From a virus (Duplodnaviria > Caudoviricetes), in IMG/VR virus record IMGVR_UViG_3300033074_001347, positions 1 to 64,000 of that record: a stretch of 64,000 bases of DNA. One strand, 5' to 3'. Of this stretch, positions 17,452 to 27,723 are shown one piece after another. The notes beneath the pieces are model-generated. The model worked only from the letters and a program-made list of their open reading frames with translations. It ran no database searches and had not been told where the DNA came from. Within the stretch, counting starts at the first letter, position 1. Every line of letters starts with the position of its first letter. The position numbers and the translations under genes are program-made.

Positions 17452-19668
17452 ATGATTGAACTGAAAAGTATAAGCCTGCAAAATATAGTGACTTATAAGA
17501 AAGCTAAGCTTATTCTAAGTCAGTCTGGAATAACTATTATTAGAGGTAATAACTTAGATACCTCTAGTAAGAACAGTGCTAACAGAGTTGGAAAAAGTCT
17601 ACTATTCACTGCGTTATCAAGCCTATTATATGACACAACCCCACTTGACTCTCGAAGTAATGCAAAAGCTATCCACACTAAGGATAGCTTTATTAGTCTG
17701 GAGCTACTTAATAAACACTCCTTTGAAATTACTCAAAAGTTTAAGGGACCATCAGTAGGGTATGACATTATCAGAAACGGCGTTAACCTAGATTATCGTA
17801 CTAAGTCGGACGCCGCATCCTACATCAAAAAAATATTCCCCGTTATTGAACCACAATTTTTTTCCACGGTATACGTATCTGCATTTAGGGAGCACCCGTT
17901 ACTCAGAGGCTATGCTCCCGTGCGCCGACAGTTCTTTGAAGAAATATTCCAGTTAGGAATATGTGATAGTATCAGATCACACTTCAATGATAAGTATAAT
18001 GCAATAAAGGATAAGGTGGTCCTACTAGACGATCTTAATAAACAAGCATCTCAGTTTACCATAGAGGAATACAAGCCAAAAAATACTTCTAAATTAGAAT
18101 CACGCATCTCTACGTTAAAATCACTATTAAAAAAATACGAGGGTCTCTCCCTACAGCAAAGAAGAGCCGACCTTGTAAAACAAAATATTGATACTTCATT
18201 AAAGTGTACCCCAGCTATAATAGCGCAATTAAAAGAGAACCTAAGAAAGGCTATAGAAGATGAATCTAGTTATAACCATAAACTGACAAACTACACCAAA
18301 TATTGTGAGTGGCGGTCCCGTTATAAAAATCTTAAAAACAGATTGGACAAACTAGAATCAATAAAAGAACCTGATGTAAGTATAAACTATGACGTGGAAA
18401 TAAGTAAACTAGAGGATAGGTTGGACTTAGCCTTAAAGAGAGAAACTTTAGAAAAAGAGCTAGGCTCACGCTGTGTAAAACACTCTCTTAATAAGATATT
18501 AGAACTCAAGTCTAAATACAAGTATAAGTGTGACGATACCGTACATAATCTTAAGGCTATAAACAGTATAGATGACGACGCACTGTGTCCTACATGCTTA
18601 CAGAGGGTAAACAAACAATACAAGGATAGTATTGTTTCTACCCTAAAGTCAAATCATAATACCTATAGTTATAGGTTAAAATCTCTTATAGAGATGGAGG
18701 ACGTTGCTACCATAATAGAGAAGATAAAGGCTCTACCAAATTATGGGTCATCCAAATCTATAAAGGTCAAACTACAGAACCTAGCTATGCTGAGAGCACG
18801 GCATCTAGCCAATAGGGAGGCCTTTATAACTAAGAAAAAACTTACCGCCCTTTTAACTCAGCTAAAAGATGGGAGGCCTAGTAAGGAGATCAAACCAGAC
18901 TTGCCGAAGGTAAGCTCGGTCAATTTACAAAGCACCATAGAAAAGTTAGAGTCACAAATGGTATATAGAGAACAGTATGCAGAATATAATACTGAGTTTT
19001 CACTAAAATTCTTAGAGGAAAAATGCAAAAGGCTGGAGGAAAAGGTATTGAAGCTGAGTAATATACTACAAGATAGTAATACAAAAGCAGCTATACACGC
19101 TCAGCAGCTTACCCAGAAATCTAAAATACAAGCCAGAATAGTAGATCTAAAGCATAAAACCAGGAACTTACCTATATACAAAGCCTTAGTAGACGCTTAC
19201 GGACCTAGAGGTATAAAGGTAGAACAATTGAGTGGCTTGGTAAAAGCCTTTGAGAAAAACCTTAATTTGTATGCCAGCCTGATTTTTGCAGAACCCATCA
19301 AGTTTGAGGTATTAGTAGACACTAATAAATTCGATATTATTGCCCATAGAAATAATAGTACCTCTGACGTTAGACTACTTTCCGGGTCTGAAAGCAGATG
19401 TTTTATATTACTATGTTTAATATCATTATTACCCTTTATTCCCGAGTCTAAAAGAACAAACATAGTAGTACTAGATGAACTTGAAAGCGGTATGGATGAA
19501 GTAAACCTTAACTTATATTTAAACGAGTTTTTACCAAGATTACAATCAGTAGTCCCATCGGTATTTATAATAAGTCCTCTTAGTCCTTCTATGGTTAGTA
19601 TAAGCGGGGCAAGGGAACTATTAGTAGTTAAAAAGAATAATATTTCTTCAATTCAAATCACAAACTAG
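17452..19668 (+). CDS. sbcC: SbcC/Rad50/gp46-like ABC ATPase
   Basis: Walker A ANRVGKS, coiled coil with CPTC zinc hook, signature LSGSE, Walker B VVLDE. Confidence 0.9.
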   Translation: MIELKSISLQNIVTYKKAKLILSQSGITIIRGNNLDTSSKNSANRVGKSLLFTALSSLLYDTTPLDSRSNAKAIHTKDSFISLELLNKHSFEITQKFKGPSVGYDIIRNGVNLDYRTKSDAASYIKKIFPVIEPQFFSTVYVSAFREHPLLRGYAPVRRQFFEEIFQLGICDSIRSHFNDKYNAIKDKVVLLDDLNKQASQFTIEEYKPKNTSKLESRISTLKSLLKKYEGLSLQQRRADLVKQNIDTSLKCTPAIIAQLKENLRKAIEDESSYNHKLTNYTKYCEWRSRYKNLKNRLDKLESIKEPDVSINYDVEISKLEDRLDLALKRETLEKELGSRCVKHSLNKILELKSKYKYKCDDTVHNLKAINSIDDDALCPTCLQRVNKQYKDSIVSTLKSNHNTYSYRLKSLIEMEDVATIIEKIKALPNYGSSKSIKVKLQNLAMLRARHLANREAFITKKKLTALLTQLKDGRPSKEIKPDLPKVSSVNLQSTIEKLESQMVYREQYAEYNTEFSLKFLEEKCKRLEEKVLKLSNILQDSNTKAAIHAQQLTQKSKIQARIVDLKHKTRNLPIYKALVDAYGPRGIKVEQLSGLVKAFEKNLNLYASLIFAEPIKFEVLVDTNKFDIIAHRNNSTSDVRLLSGSESRCFILLCLISLLPFIPESKRTNIVVLDELESGMDEVNLNLYLNEFLPRLQSVVPSVFIISPLSPSMVSISGARELLVVKKNNISSIQITN

Positions 19669-19678
19669 AGGTATAAAA

Positions 19679-21445
19679 ATGCGATACAGCATAAGTATTG
19701 ATTATTCTCGCAATGACCTGCTAACCGATTTTGGAAAGGCCACCTTACAGGATAGGTATTTATTACCGGGAGAGGACTTCCAGGATGCTTTCGCTAGAGT
19801 AGCAAGCGCTTATGCTGATGATAATAGTCATGCTCAGCGCTTATATGACTATATGAGTAGACTATGGTTTGTTCCTTCTACCCCTGTGTTAGCTAATGGA
19901 GGAGCAACCCGAGCTTTACCAATCTCTTGTTACCTTTCAGAGGTACAAGACGACATGCATAGTATTGTTGAAAAGTGGAATGAAAGTGTATGGATTGCTG
20001 CAAATACGGGAGGAACAGGTACTTATTGGGGTAATATCCGTAGTATAGGGGAGCAAATAGGAATTAAAGGCAAGGCTAGTGGAGTAATACCTTTTATAGT
20101 CGTTCAAAATAGTTTGTCAGCTGCTATTGATAGAGGAGCACAGCGTAGGGGAGCTGCCGCTGTATATATGCCTGTATGGCACCCCGAGATAGAGGAGTTT
20201 ATTGAGATTCGTAAACCTACAGGCGGAGATCCAATTAGAAAAGCCCTATTTTTGCACAATGCTGTTGTAATAGATGACGATTTTATGAAAGCGGTTGAAA
20301 CGGACTCCACATACCAGTTAAGAAGTCCCAGCACAGGTAAGGTGATTAGAGAAGTTAAAGCACGCGATATTTGGATCAGAATACTGACTTGTCGTATTGA
20401 AACAGGTGAACCATATATGCTTTTTATTGATAGTGTTAATAAATCAATACCTCAACATCAAAAGGACCTAGGATTAAAGATAAAGATGTCCAATTTATGT
20501 TGTGAGATTGTATTGCCAACAGGCATAGACCACTTAGGTAAAGATAGAACAGCGGTATGCTGTTTATCCTCAGTTAATCTGGAATACTTTGAAGAGTGGT
20601 CACAAAATCCAACATTTATTGATGATTTAATGAGATACTTAGATAATATCTTACAAGACTTCATTGATAGGGCACCATCAGAGTTTGAGTCTGCTAGGTA
20701 CAGTGCTATGAGAGAAAGAAGCGTAGGTTTAGGTGCTATGGGCTTTCACAGCTTCCTTCAAATGAAATCAATACCTTTTGAGAGTGTTATGGCAAAGGTG
20801 TGGAACAAAAAGATGTTTAAGTATATCAGGGAATGCGCCGATCAGTCTAGTATTAAACTAGGTAAGGAAAGAGGGGCTTGTCCCGATGCTGCTGAGACCT
20901 TATCTATGGAAAGATTCTCAAATAAAATCGCTATAGCACCTAACGCTAGCAGCTCCATATATTGTGGTAATGCAAGTCCCGGTATTGAGCCATACCCTTC
21001 TAATTCTTATAGTCATAAGACTTTGGGCGGAACATTTAATGTAAGGAACAAGTTTCTAAAAAAGGTATTATACAAATATGGTAAGGATACAGAGGACGTA
21101 TGGACTGATATTACTGTTAACGGAGGGTCTGTACAACAATTAGATTTTCTTTCTGATGAAGAAAAGGAGGTTTACAAAACCGCCTTCGAGCTAGATCAAA
21201 GGTGGATAATAGAACATGCGGCAGATAGAACCCCATTCGTATGCCAATCTCAAAGTATAAATCTATTTTTGCCTGCTGATGTGCATAAGAGAGACTTGCA
21301 CATGCTACATTATATGGCTTGGAAAAGAGGAGTAAAAAGTTTATATTATTGTAGAAGTAAATCTTTGCAAAGAGCCGAAGTTGTCAGTAAAACTGTGACC
21401 TCACAAGAGCCCACAAAATATGCCGAATGCCTTTCTTGTCAATAA
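19679..21445 (+). CDS. nrdA: class Ia ribonucleotide reductase alpha subunit, no ATP cone
   Basis: STPVLANGG, PISCY, SNLCCEI (N-C-E), IAPNASSS, KSLYYCR, C-terminal CLSCQ. Confidence 0.96.
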   Translation: MRYSISIDYSRNDLLTDFGKATLQDRYLLPGEDFQDAFARVASAYADDNSHAQRLYDYMSRLWFVPSTPVLANGGATRALPISCYLSEVQDDMHSIVEKWNESVWIAANTGGTGTYWGNIRSIGEQIGIKGKASGVIPFIVVQNSLSAAIDRGAQRRGAAAVYMPVWHPEIEEFIEIRKPTGGDPIRKALFLHNAVVIDDDFMKAVETDSTYQLRSPSTGKVIREVKARDIWIRILTCRIETGEPYMLFIDSVNKSIPQHQKDLGLKIKMSNLCCEIVLPTGIDHLGKDRTAVCCLSSVNLEYFEEWSQNPTFIDDLMRYLDNILQDFIDRAPSEFESARYSAMRERSVGLGAMGFHSFLQMKSIPFESVMAKVWNKKMFKYIRECADQSSIKLGKERGACPDAAETLSMERFSNKIAIAPNASSSIYCGNASPGIEPYPSNSYSHKTLGGTFNVRNKFLKKVLYKYGKDTEDVWTDITVNGGSVQQLDFLSDEEKEVYKTAFELDQRWIIEHAADRTPFVCQSQSINLFLPADVHKRDLHMLHYMAWKRGVKSLYYCRSKSLQRAEVVSKTVTSQEPTKYAECLSCQ

Positions 21446-21467
21446 ATAACTTATTAGGATTAATCAA

Positions 21468-23963
21468 ATGAACCAACCACTTACCCCATCCACTAAGATT
21501 GATTGTAATTCAACCATTGATGAATATATAAGTCAAAGTGACTGGAGAGTTAATGCGAATGCTAACATTGGATACTGTAATGCAGGATTAGTGACACACG
21601 CAGCAGGTAAAGCTATAGCTAACTATTGGTTAGATAAGGTTTACACTAAAGAAGAAGGGGACGCCCATAGACAGGCTGACTACCATATCCATGATTTGGA
21701 TTGCTTAACTGGCTATTGCGCAGGATGGTCATTGCGCCAAGTTTTAAACGAAGGTTTTAATATTGGTCATGGTCGGGTCGGTTCAAAGCCACCACGACAT
21801 TTTAGAGAGGCTCTTGGCCAAATGGCTAACTATTTGGGCGTCCTACAAATGGAATGGGCGGGAGCTCAGGCTTTCAGCTCTTTTGATACCTATCTAGCAC
21901 CTTATGTATTTAGGGATAAGCTAGACTACGAGCAAATCAAAAAAGCTATAACCCAGTTTATATTCAACGTAAATGTTCCCGCTAGATGGGGCCAAAGCCC
22001 ATTTACGAACATAACATTAGATATTGATGTGCCTGATGACCTAAAGGAAACTTTCCCTACGGCCAAGGACATACACCTATTTAGAGGTATCCAGGATCAA
22101 GACCTTTTAGACTTAGCCAAACTACGTGATCCTAGTATAAATACTTTAGAAGATATGAAGTATAAGCATTTTGAAAGTGAGATGGAACAAATAACATTGG
22201 CGTATTATGAGGTAATGACTACTGGAGATGCTAATGGGCAGCCATTTACATTTCCTATCCCTACCGTTAATATAACAGAAGCTTTTGACTGGAACAGTAA
22301 AGTGGCTGATGCTATCTTTACAAATAGTGCGAAGATGGGCTGCTCTTATTTCCAAAACTTTGTGGGTTCACAGTATAAGAGGGATGAGCAAGGTAACAGG
22401 GTAGAGAATCCAGAAGCTTATAAACCCGGTGCTGTCAGGTCAATGTGCCCCCTACCCGGATATACATTAGTACCCATTCTATTTACTATAGACGGTATTG
22501 AACACTTTGATACCAGAAGTATTGAAGATATCCATTCTGATCATGCTAATGGTTTGGAATTTAAGGTTAAATACGGTGATGATTGGTACGAAGCATCTAC
22601 AAATAAAACTAGGGGTACCACTATAACATTGACACTGGACAGCGTTTCTAGTGTAAGCAGATACCAAGGGGAAGTATCGTCTGAAAAAACTATTGTGATG
22701 TTGTCTCCCTCAGAATACGAGCTAGGTAATAATCATTTACAACCAGTACTCAGAACTAATAGTGATGGAAGTGAGAGGGTTATTACAGTCAAGGGAGCAG
22801 ATATACTAATAGGGGACTCTATACCTTATATGGTAGCTAATAGATATAGGTGGGTTAAGGTAATTAATATTAGGACTAACACAGAGGAAAAAGATTTATA
22901 TTGCTTTGAGGTAAAAAGTGAAAAGCACCTATTTGAATTAAGTTCGGGTATTGTAACACATAATTGTCGTCTCCAGTTAGACCTTAGAGAACTATTAAAG
23001 CGTGGAAACGGTTTGTTCGGATCGGCCGAAATGACTGGAAGTATTGGAGTAGTGACCATTAATATGGCTAGATTAGGTTTCTTAAATAAGGGAGATGAGG
23101 AAAAATTGTTTAATAGTTTAGACAAGCTTATGGATCTTGCTAAGAATACTCTAGAAAAGAAAAGACTATTTATACAGGATATGTATAATAGAGGACTGTA
23201 TCCCTACACAAAAAGGTATCTAAGAGGTTTCATGAACCACTTCTCTACTATTGGTATAAATGGTATGAATGAAATGGTGCGTAATTTTTCCAACGATAAA
23301 TCAGATTTAACATCAAGAGAGGGTATAGAACTGTCTATAAGGATACTAGAATATATGAGATCAAAACTAAAAGTTTATCAAGAGGAAACAGGGCATCTAT
23401 ATAATTTAGAGGCTACACCCGCAGAAGGCACTACTTACAGATTTGCTAAGGAAGACCATAAGAAGTTTGGTGAGTCCATTATTCAGGCCGGAGTATACCC
23501 CAATATATATTATACCAACAGCAGCCAAACTCCGGTAGATTTTTCTGATGATCCATTTGAAGTGCTTGACTTGCAGGATGACCTACAGTGTAAATATACA
23601 GGCGGCACTGTACAACATTTGTATATGAGCGAACAAATCAGTAGTGGAGAAGCCTGCAAAAACTTAGTAAAAAATGTCATAGAAAATTACAGACTTCCAT
23701 ACATTACTATAACACCTGTGTTTAGTGTTTGTGATGAACACGGTTATCTAAAGGGAGAGCAGCACGAATGTCCTTACTGTGGTGCAGAAACAAAAGTATG
23801 GACTAGAGTGATGGGGTATTTTAGGCCTGTTGCGAACTTTAATATTGGTAAAAAAGGCGAGTTTTACGCACGTAAATGGTTTAAGGAGCCTGAACATAAA
23901 TCGGAAGTTGTAAACTTTAGAACACGAATCCCTACCGACAAGGACATTGACATTGCTGTATGA
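21468..23963 (+). CDS. nrdD: class III anaerobic ribonucleoside-triphosphate reductase with intein
   Basis: HIHDL, RSMC..CRL, EATPAEG, YTGGTV, CDEHG..CPYC, glycyl-radical RVMGYFRPV. Confidence 0.95.
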   Translation: MNQPLTPSTKIDCNSTIDEYISQSDWRVNANANIGYCNAGLVTHAAGKAIANYWLDKVYTKEEGDAHRQADYHIHDLDCLTGYCAGWSLRQVLNEGFNIGHGRVGSKPPRHFREALGQMANYLGVLQMEWAGAQAFSSFDTYLAPYVFRDKLDYEQIKKAITQFIFNVNVPARWGQSPFTNITLDIDVPDDLKETFPTAKDIHLFRGIQDQDLLDLAKLRDPSINTLEDMKYKHFESEMEQITLAYYEVMTTGDANGQPFTFPIPTVNITEAFDWNSKVADAIFTNSAKMGCSYFQNFVGSQYKRDEQGNRVENPEAYKPGAVRSMCPLPGYTLVPILFTIDGIEHFDTRSIEDIHSDHANGLEFKVKYGDDWYEASTNKTRGTTITLTLDSVSSVSRYQGEVSSEKTIVMLSPSEYELGNNHLQPVLRTNSDGSERVITVKGADILIGDSIPYMVANRYRWVKVINIRTNTEEKDLYCFEVKSEKHLFELSSGIVTHNCRLQLDLRELLKRGNGLFGSAEMTGSIGVVTINMARLGFLNKGDEEKLFNSLDKLMDLAKNTLEKKRLFIQDMYNRGLYPYTKRYLRGFMNHFSTIGINGMNEMVRNFSNDKSDLTSREGIELSIRILEYMRSKLKVYQEETGHLYNLEATPAEGTTYRFAKEDHKKFGESIIQAGVYPNIYYTNSSQTPVDFSDDPFEVLDLQDDLQCKYTGGTVQHLYMSEQISSGEACKNLVKNVIENYRLPYITITPVFSVCDEHGYLKGEQHECPYCGAETKVWTRVMGYFRPVANFNIGKKGEFYARKWFKEPEHKSEVVNFRTRIPTDKDIDIAV
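22449..22964 (+). mobile_element. mini-intein (172 aa, no homing endonuclease) in NrdD
   Basis: block A-like PLPGYTLV, block B GNNHLQ, block F LYCFEV, block G SGIVTHN followed by Cys; removal restores RSMC-CRLQLD. Confidence 0.88.
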
Positions 23964-24565
23964 TATACTCTATAACTCCATTTACCTTATTAGACTACCC
24001 TAATAAGGTTGCTTGCATTATATGGATAGCTGGATGTAACCTAAGATGTAAATATTGTTACAACCCGCAGATAGTATATGGTAAAAACCGGATGCCTTGG
24101 AAACAAGCATCCGGTTTTCTTAATTCAAGAGTCAACAAACTGCAAGGAGTAGTATTTCTAGGCGGAGAACCTACCACCCACCCCGATTTATTCAGTATGA
24201 TAAAGGATACTAAGGACAAAGGGTTTTTAGTAAAACTAGATACTAATGGTCTAAGGCCAGATGTTTTGGAGAAACTTATTGGGCACAAATTACTAGATAT
24301 GGTGGCACTAGACTACAAGTCTACTCCTAATAAATTTAGAGAGATAACAGGAGCGAATAAATACGAAAAGTTTGAGAAATCATTGAAATTATTAATAGAT
24401 TCTGGTGTAAATCTATCAATAAGAACTACCGTACATCCTGACTTACTAAATATAAATGATGTAAAGTATATTGAACAACATATACAGTCACTAGGTTACA
24501 ATAAGGATCTAGTGATACAAAAGGCAATAACAAACGTACCAATGTTAGGGTTTGGAAATGATTAA
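23960..24565 (+). CDS. nrdG: anaerobic RNR activase (radical SAM)
   Basis: CNLRCKYCYN, GGEPT, KLDTNG; ATGA overlap with the nrdD stop. Confidence 0.93.
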   Translation: MIYSITPFTLLDYPNKVACIIWIAGCNLRCKYCYNPQIVYGKNRMPWKQASGFLNSRVNKLQGVVFLGGEPTTHPDLFSMIKDTKDKGFLVKLDTNGLRPDVLEKLIGHKLLDMVALDYKSTPNKFREITGANKYEKFEKSLKLLIDSGVNLSIRTTVHPDLLNINDVKYIEQHIQSLGYNKDLVIQKAITNVPMLGFGND

Positions 24566-24785
24566 TATCATCGGGCCTAATTATGAAGAGGCTTTAATAG
24601 TAACGGCAAAAGTAGGTATGTTTACCCTTTCTATAAACATACTATTATACCTATATGTATTATTGTCCATATACGTGACAAAAACTCTACGGTGGGGAAC
24701 GGCAATAATGTATATTGTGACTATGACAATTATCCTAACTGCACTATTCGTAGTTTTCAGCTGGTCAGACTATACTAGCATATAA
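24552..24785 (+). CDS. small two-TM membrane protein
   Basis: two hydrophobic segments; fills the gap between nrdG and nrdB. Confidence 0.55.
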   Translation: MEMINIIGPNYEEALIVTAKVGMFTLSINILLYLYVLLSIYVTKTLRWGTAIMYIVTMTIILTALFVVFSWSDYTSI

Positions 24786-24805
24786 ATTTATTAAGGAGAT
24801 ATAAT

Positions 24806-25789
24806 ATGAGTTTATTAACAGAGCAAGTCGGGTATAAACCTCATCGCTACCCTTGGGCGTATGAAGGGTGGTTACTACAGTCTAGGCTACACTGGCTTCC
24901 TGAGGAAGTTCCTATGGCCGATGATGTTAAAGACTGGCAAACTAAGATTACTGATGGAGAAAGAAATCTATTAACTCAAATATTCAGATTTTTTACACAG
25001 TCTGATGTAGAGGTTAATGGGGCCTATAACCGACTTTTTATACCCTACTTTAAGCCCGTGGAAATATCCATGATGATGGGTTCTTTCGCCTATATGGAGA
25101 CCGTTCATATAGCGGCCTACTCCCATCTTATAGATACCCTAGGTATACCTGAGGTTGAGTATAGTGCTTTCATGGAATATAAAGAAATGAAAGATAAGCA
25201 CGACTTCCTTCAAGGTATATCTGTAGAGGATGAGCGCAGTGTAGCTAGAGCCATTGCTGTTTTCGCAGGATTTACGGAGGGCCTATCTTTATTTGCCAGT
25301 TTCGCTATGTTAATGAACTTCCCAAGGTTTAATAAGATGAAGGGGATGGGACAAATTGTGACGTGGAGTGTTAGGGACGAAACACTGCACGTACAGTGCA
25401 TGACAAAACTATTTAACACTTTCATATCCGAGAACCCCCATATTTGGAATGATAGTCTAAAATTAGAAATCTACACTGCCTGTGAGAAGATGGTGGGAAT
25501 GGAGGATAAGTTCATTGACCTAGCCTTTGAGATGGGGCCTGTAGAAGGTTTAGCTTCATCAGAGGTAAAGCAGTACATACGGTTTATTGCAGACCGGCGT
25601 TTGGTGGGATTAGGTTTGAATCCCCTATTTAATATAGGATCTAACCCACTGCCTTGGATGGATCTGATTTTAAATGGGGACGAACATACAAATTTCTTTG
25701 AAAATAGATCAACAGAGTACTCTAAGGCCGCTACCTCTGGCACTTGGGATGAAGCTTTTGCGGCCATGTTAGAACTAAACAAGGAATAA
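24806..25789 (+). CDS. nrdB: class Ia ribonucleotide reductase beta subunit
   Basis: HWLPEEVPM, FFTQSD, ETVHIAAY, EGLSLFASF, DETLH; AAGGAG RBS. Confidence 0.96.
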   Translation: MSLLTEQVGYKPHRYPWAYEGWLLQSRLHWLPEEVPMADDVKDWQTKITDGERNLLTQIFRFFTQSDVEVNGAYNRLFIPYFKPVEISMMMGSFAYMETVHIAAYSHLIDTLGIPEVEYSAFMEYKEMKDKHDFLQGISVEDERSVARAIAVFAGFTEGLSLFASFAMLMNFPRFNKMKGMGQIVTWSVRDETLHVQCMTKLFNTFISENPHIWNDSLKLEIYTACEKMVGMEDKFIDLAFEMGPVEGLASSEVKQYIRFIADRRLVGLGLNPLFNIGSNPLPWMDLILNGDEHTNFFENRSTEYSKAATSGTWDEAFAAMLELNKE

Positions 25790-25793
25790 TAAA

Positions 25794-26408
25794 ATGGTAT
25801 TGAACGATACACAGTTAAGGGCACTAATAGAAGAAGGTATGATTGAAGGTATTGAGTCAGGTCAACTAAGAGAGACAAATGTTGTATCCTCAGGTATATC
25901 CTCCTTTGGAGTAGATGCAAGGTTGGGAAGTACCAATTACGAAATTAAGGATCATAGTGGTATATCCTATTCCAAGGAAGGAATATGTAGAATCCCCATA
26001 GTAGATCCAAAAGATTTTGATAAGGATACTCTGGCTAAAACTACGATGGACGTTCACCAATCAGACAATGGTAAATATATATTAGTGCCCCCTCACGGAT
26101 TTGTGTTAGGCCATACCATAGAATACTTTAAAATTCCTAGAGATGTGCTGGTATTCTGTATAGGAAAATCTACATACGCCCGCTGTGGACTACTAGTAAA
26201 TACAACCCCACTAGAACCAGAATGGGAAGGTCAGGTTACGCTAGAACTACATAATACTACTAATTTGTACATTAAAGTTTACGTTGAAGAGGGTATATGC
26301 CAGTTTATTTATTTAAAGGGTGAACCCTGTGAAACCTCATATAGGGATAGAAAAGGTAAGTATATGGGTCAGAGAGGCGTTGTATTCCCTAGGATTAAGA
26401 GGGCATAA
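25794..26408 (+). CDS. dcd: dCTP deaminase
   Basis: SSFGVD, GKSTYARCG, TPLEPEWEGQVTLE, GICQF, KYMGQRGV. Confidence 0.93.
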   Translation: MVLNDTQLRALIEEGMIEGIESGQLRETNVVSSGISSFGVDARLGSTNYEIKDHSGISYSKEGICRIPIVDPKDFDKDTLAKTTMDVHQSDNGKYILVPPHGFVLGHTIEYFKIPRDVLVFCIGKSTYARCGLLVNTTPLEPEWEGQVTLELHNTTNLYIKVYVEEGICQFIYLKGEPCETSYRDRKGKYMGQRGVVFPRIKRA

Positions 26409-26409
26409 G

Positions 26410-26802
26410 ATGGAAAATATCAGGTTTGTGTACGCAACAGGTCAAACGCCAAAGGCTCTTCTTCACTCAGCTTATGATTATTCTATATTGACAGGTTGTA
26501 ACATAAGCCTCAGATGCTATGCCAGTGCCATGAAGTTGTTGGATTATACAAGTTGGCTACCAAATCCTAACATATCAATAAATATTGATACTAAAAATGA
26601 GTTTGAGTTTAAGTGGAACTTAAATAGAGCACCCTCTGCCATACTGTCGGTATTAGACAATGGTGCAGTAGAGGGGGTAGTACACACTATAGAGCGCACT
26701 TACTTTTTTGACAAACCTTTTTACATAGTAAAAAAAGGACTTCCTCAAGAACTAATCCATAGTCTTGAGATAATGAATATTGATTATAAATTTGGGGAGT
26801 AG
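26410..26802 (+). CDS. hypothetical protein
   Basis: ATG at 26410 directly after the dcd stop (track start 26320 overlaps dcd). Confidence 0.6.
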   Translation: MENIRFVYATGQTPKALLHSAYDYSILTGCNISLRCYASAMKLLDYTSWLPNPNISINIDTKNEFEFKWNLNRAPSAILSVLDNGAVEGVVHTIERTYFFDKPFYIVKKGLPQELIHSLEIMNIDYKFGE

Positions 26803-26806
26803 AATA

Positions 26807-27673
26807 ATGTCAGACCATAGAACCCGAGTATTTGGCATATGTAGTTTATCTCTGCCCTCTTTTTATGATAGACTATTTGCACTTGCTCCTGATAGTAATA
26901 TAAATATTTTAAAGCATACTACGGAACCTCAGGATTTAACGGGAATTGTTTTGGTTCCGTCATTTTCCTTATTTGTGTCAAGAGTGAAGGAACTAAAGGC
27001 AGCCAGTGCCGTGGTAATATTTGATACCCCCTTGCTACTACAACAAGCTATAGGAATTGATATTTTAGACGCTAAGAGGGGCCAATTTCAGCATAGTTGG
27101 AGACTAACGTATGTACCCTTAGACAGATCACTACTATTAAAGGTGGTGAGAGCTTCAACTAAAAAAACCAAATATGTAGATATAAAGGCAATAGATTTAT
27201 TACCCAGAGTGATAGAACAAGTAAAACATAGCTCTATGATGGATAAGCTGTTGGCTGCTTTGTACTCTGTTACACACCACAAGAGGATAATCTTTACCAA
27301 ACTGGTAACAGAATATCTATTAGGGTTTACCTCTAAAAAATACTTCCTGAACCAATATAAGAAAATTGTTCCCACCAGAGGTAAGGGAAAGGAAACTGCC
27401 TTCCTGTTTTTAGATTATTTACATAAACCAGAAAATAATAGGTATTTCCAAGCTTTTGGTAAGGTCGGAGAAATTTTGCAAAACAATCAGAAATTCACTA
27501 AAAAATTAGAAGGTGTTAAGAAGAAACCCCTGTCTTATGAGAAAATAGCACGAAAGTATGGTGTAGATACTTACGAGCTTAGATATATGCTAAAGACATA
27601 TAGAAAGGTGGAAAGAACCAAAATTAGTACTACCGTAATAGACGAATACTACAAAGTAATTGGAGGGAGATAA
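26807..27673 (+). CDS. hypothetical basic protein
   Basis: GGGGAG RBS before ATG 26807; no motif recognised. Confidence 0.7.
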   Translation: MSDHRTRVFGICSLSLPSFYDRLFALAPDSNINILKHTTEPQDLTGIVLVPSFSLFVSRVKELKAASAVVIFDTPLLLQQAIGIDILDAKRGQFQHSWRLTYVPLDRSLLLKVVRASTKKTKYVDIKAIDLLPRVIEQVKHSSMMDKLLAALYSVTHHKRIIFTKLVTEYLLGFTSKKYFLNQYKKIVPTRGKGKETAFLFLDYLHKPENNRYFQAFGKVGEILQNNQKFTKKLEGVKKKPLSYEKIARKYGVDTYELRYMLKTYRKVERTKISTTVIDEYYKVIGGR

Positions 27674-27723
27674 AATGGCGAAAAACCGCCATTTTTTTTT
27701 GAGTAAAAATTTATTGGTTTTGG

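Noticed and set aside
25471-25920. Antisense ORFs over conserved genes (25471..25920 and the many short opposite-strand ORFs in the track)
   Set aside because: They lie opposite well-supported genes and show no motifs or RBS
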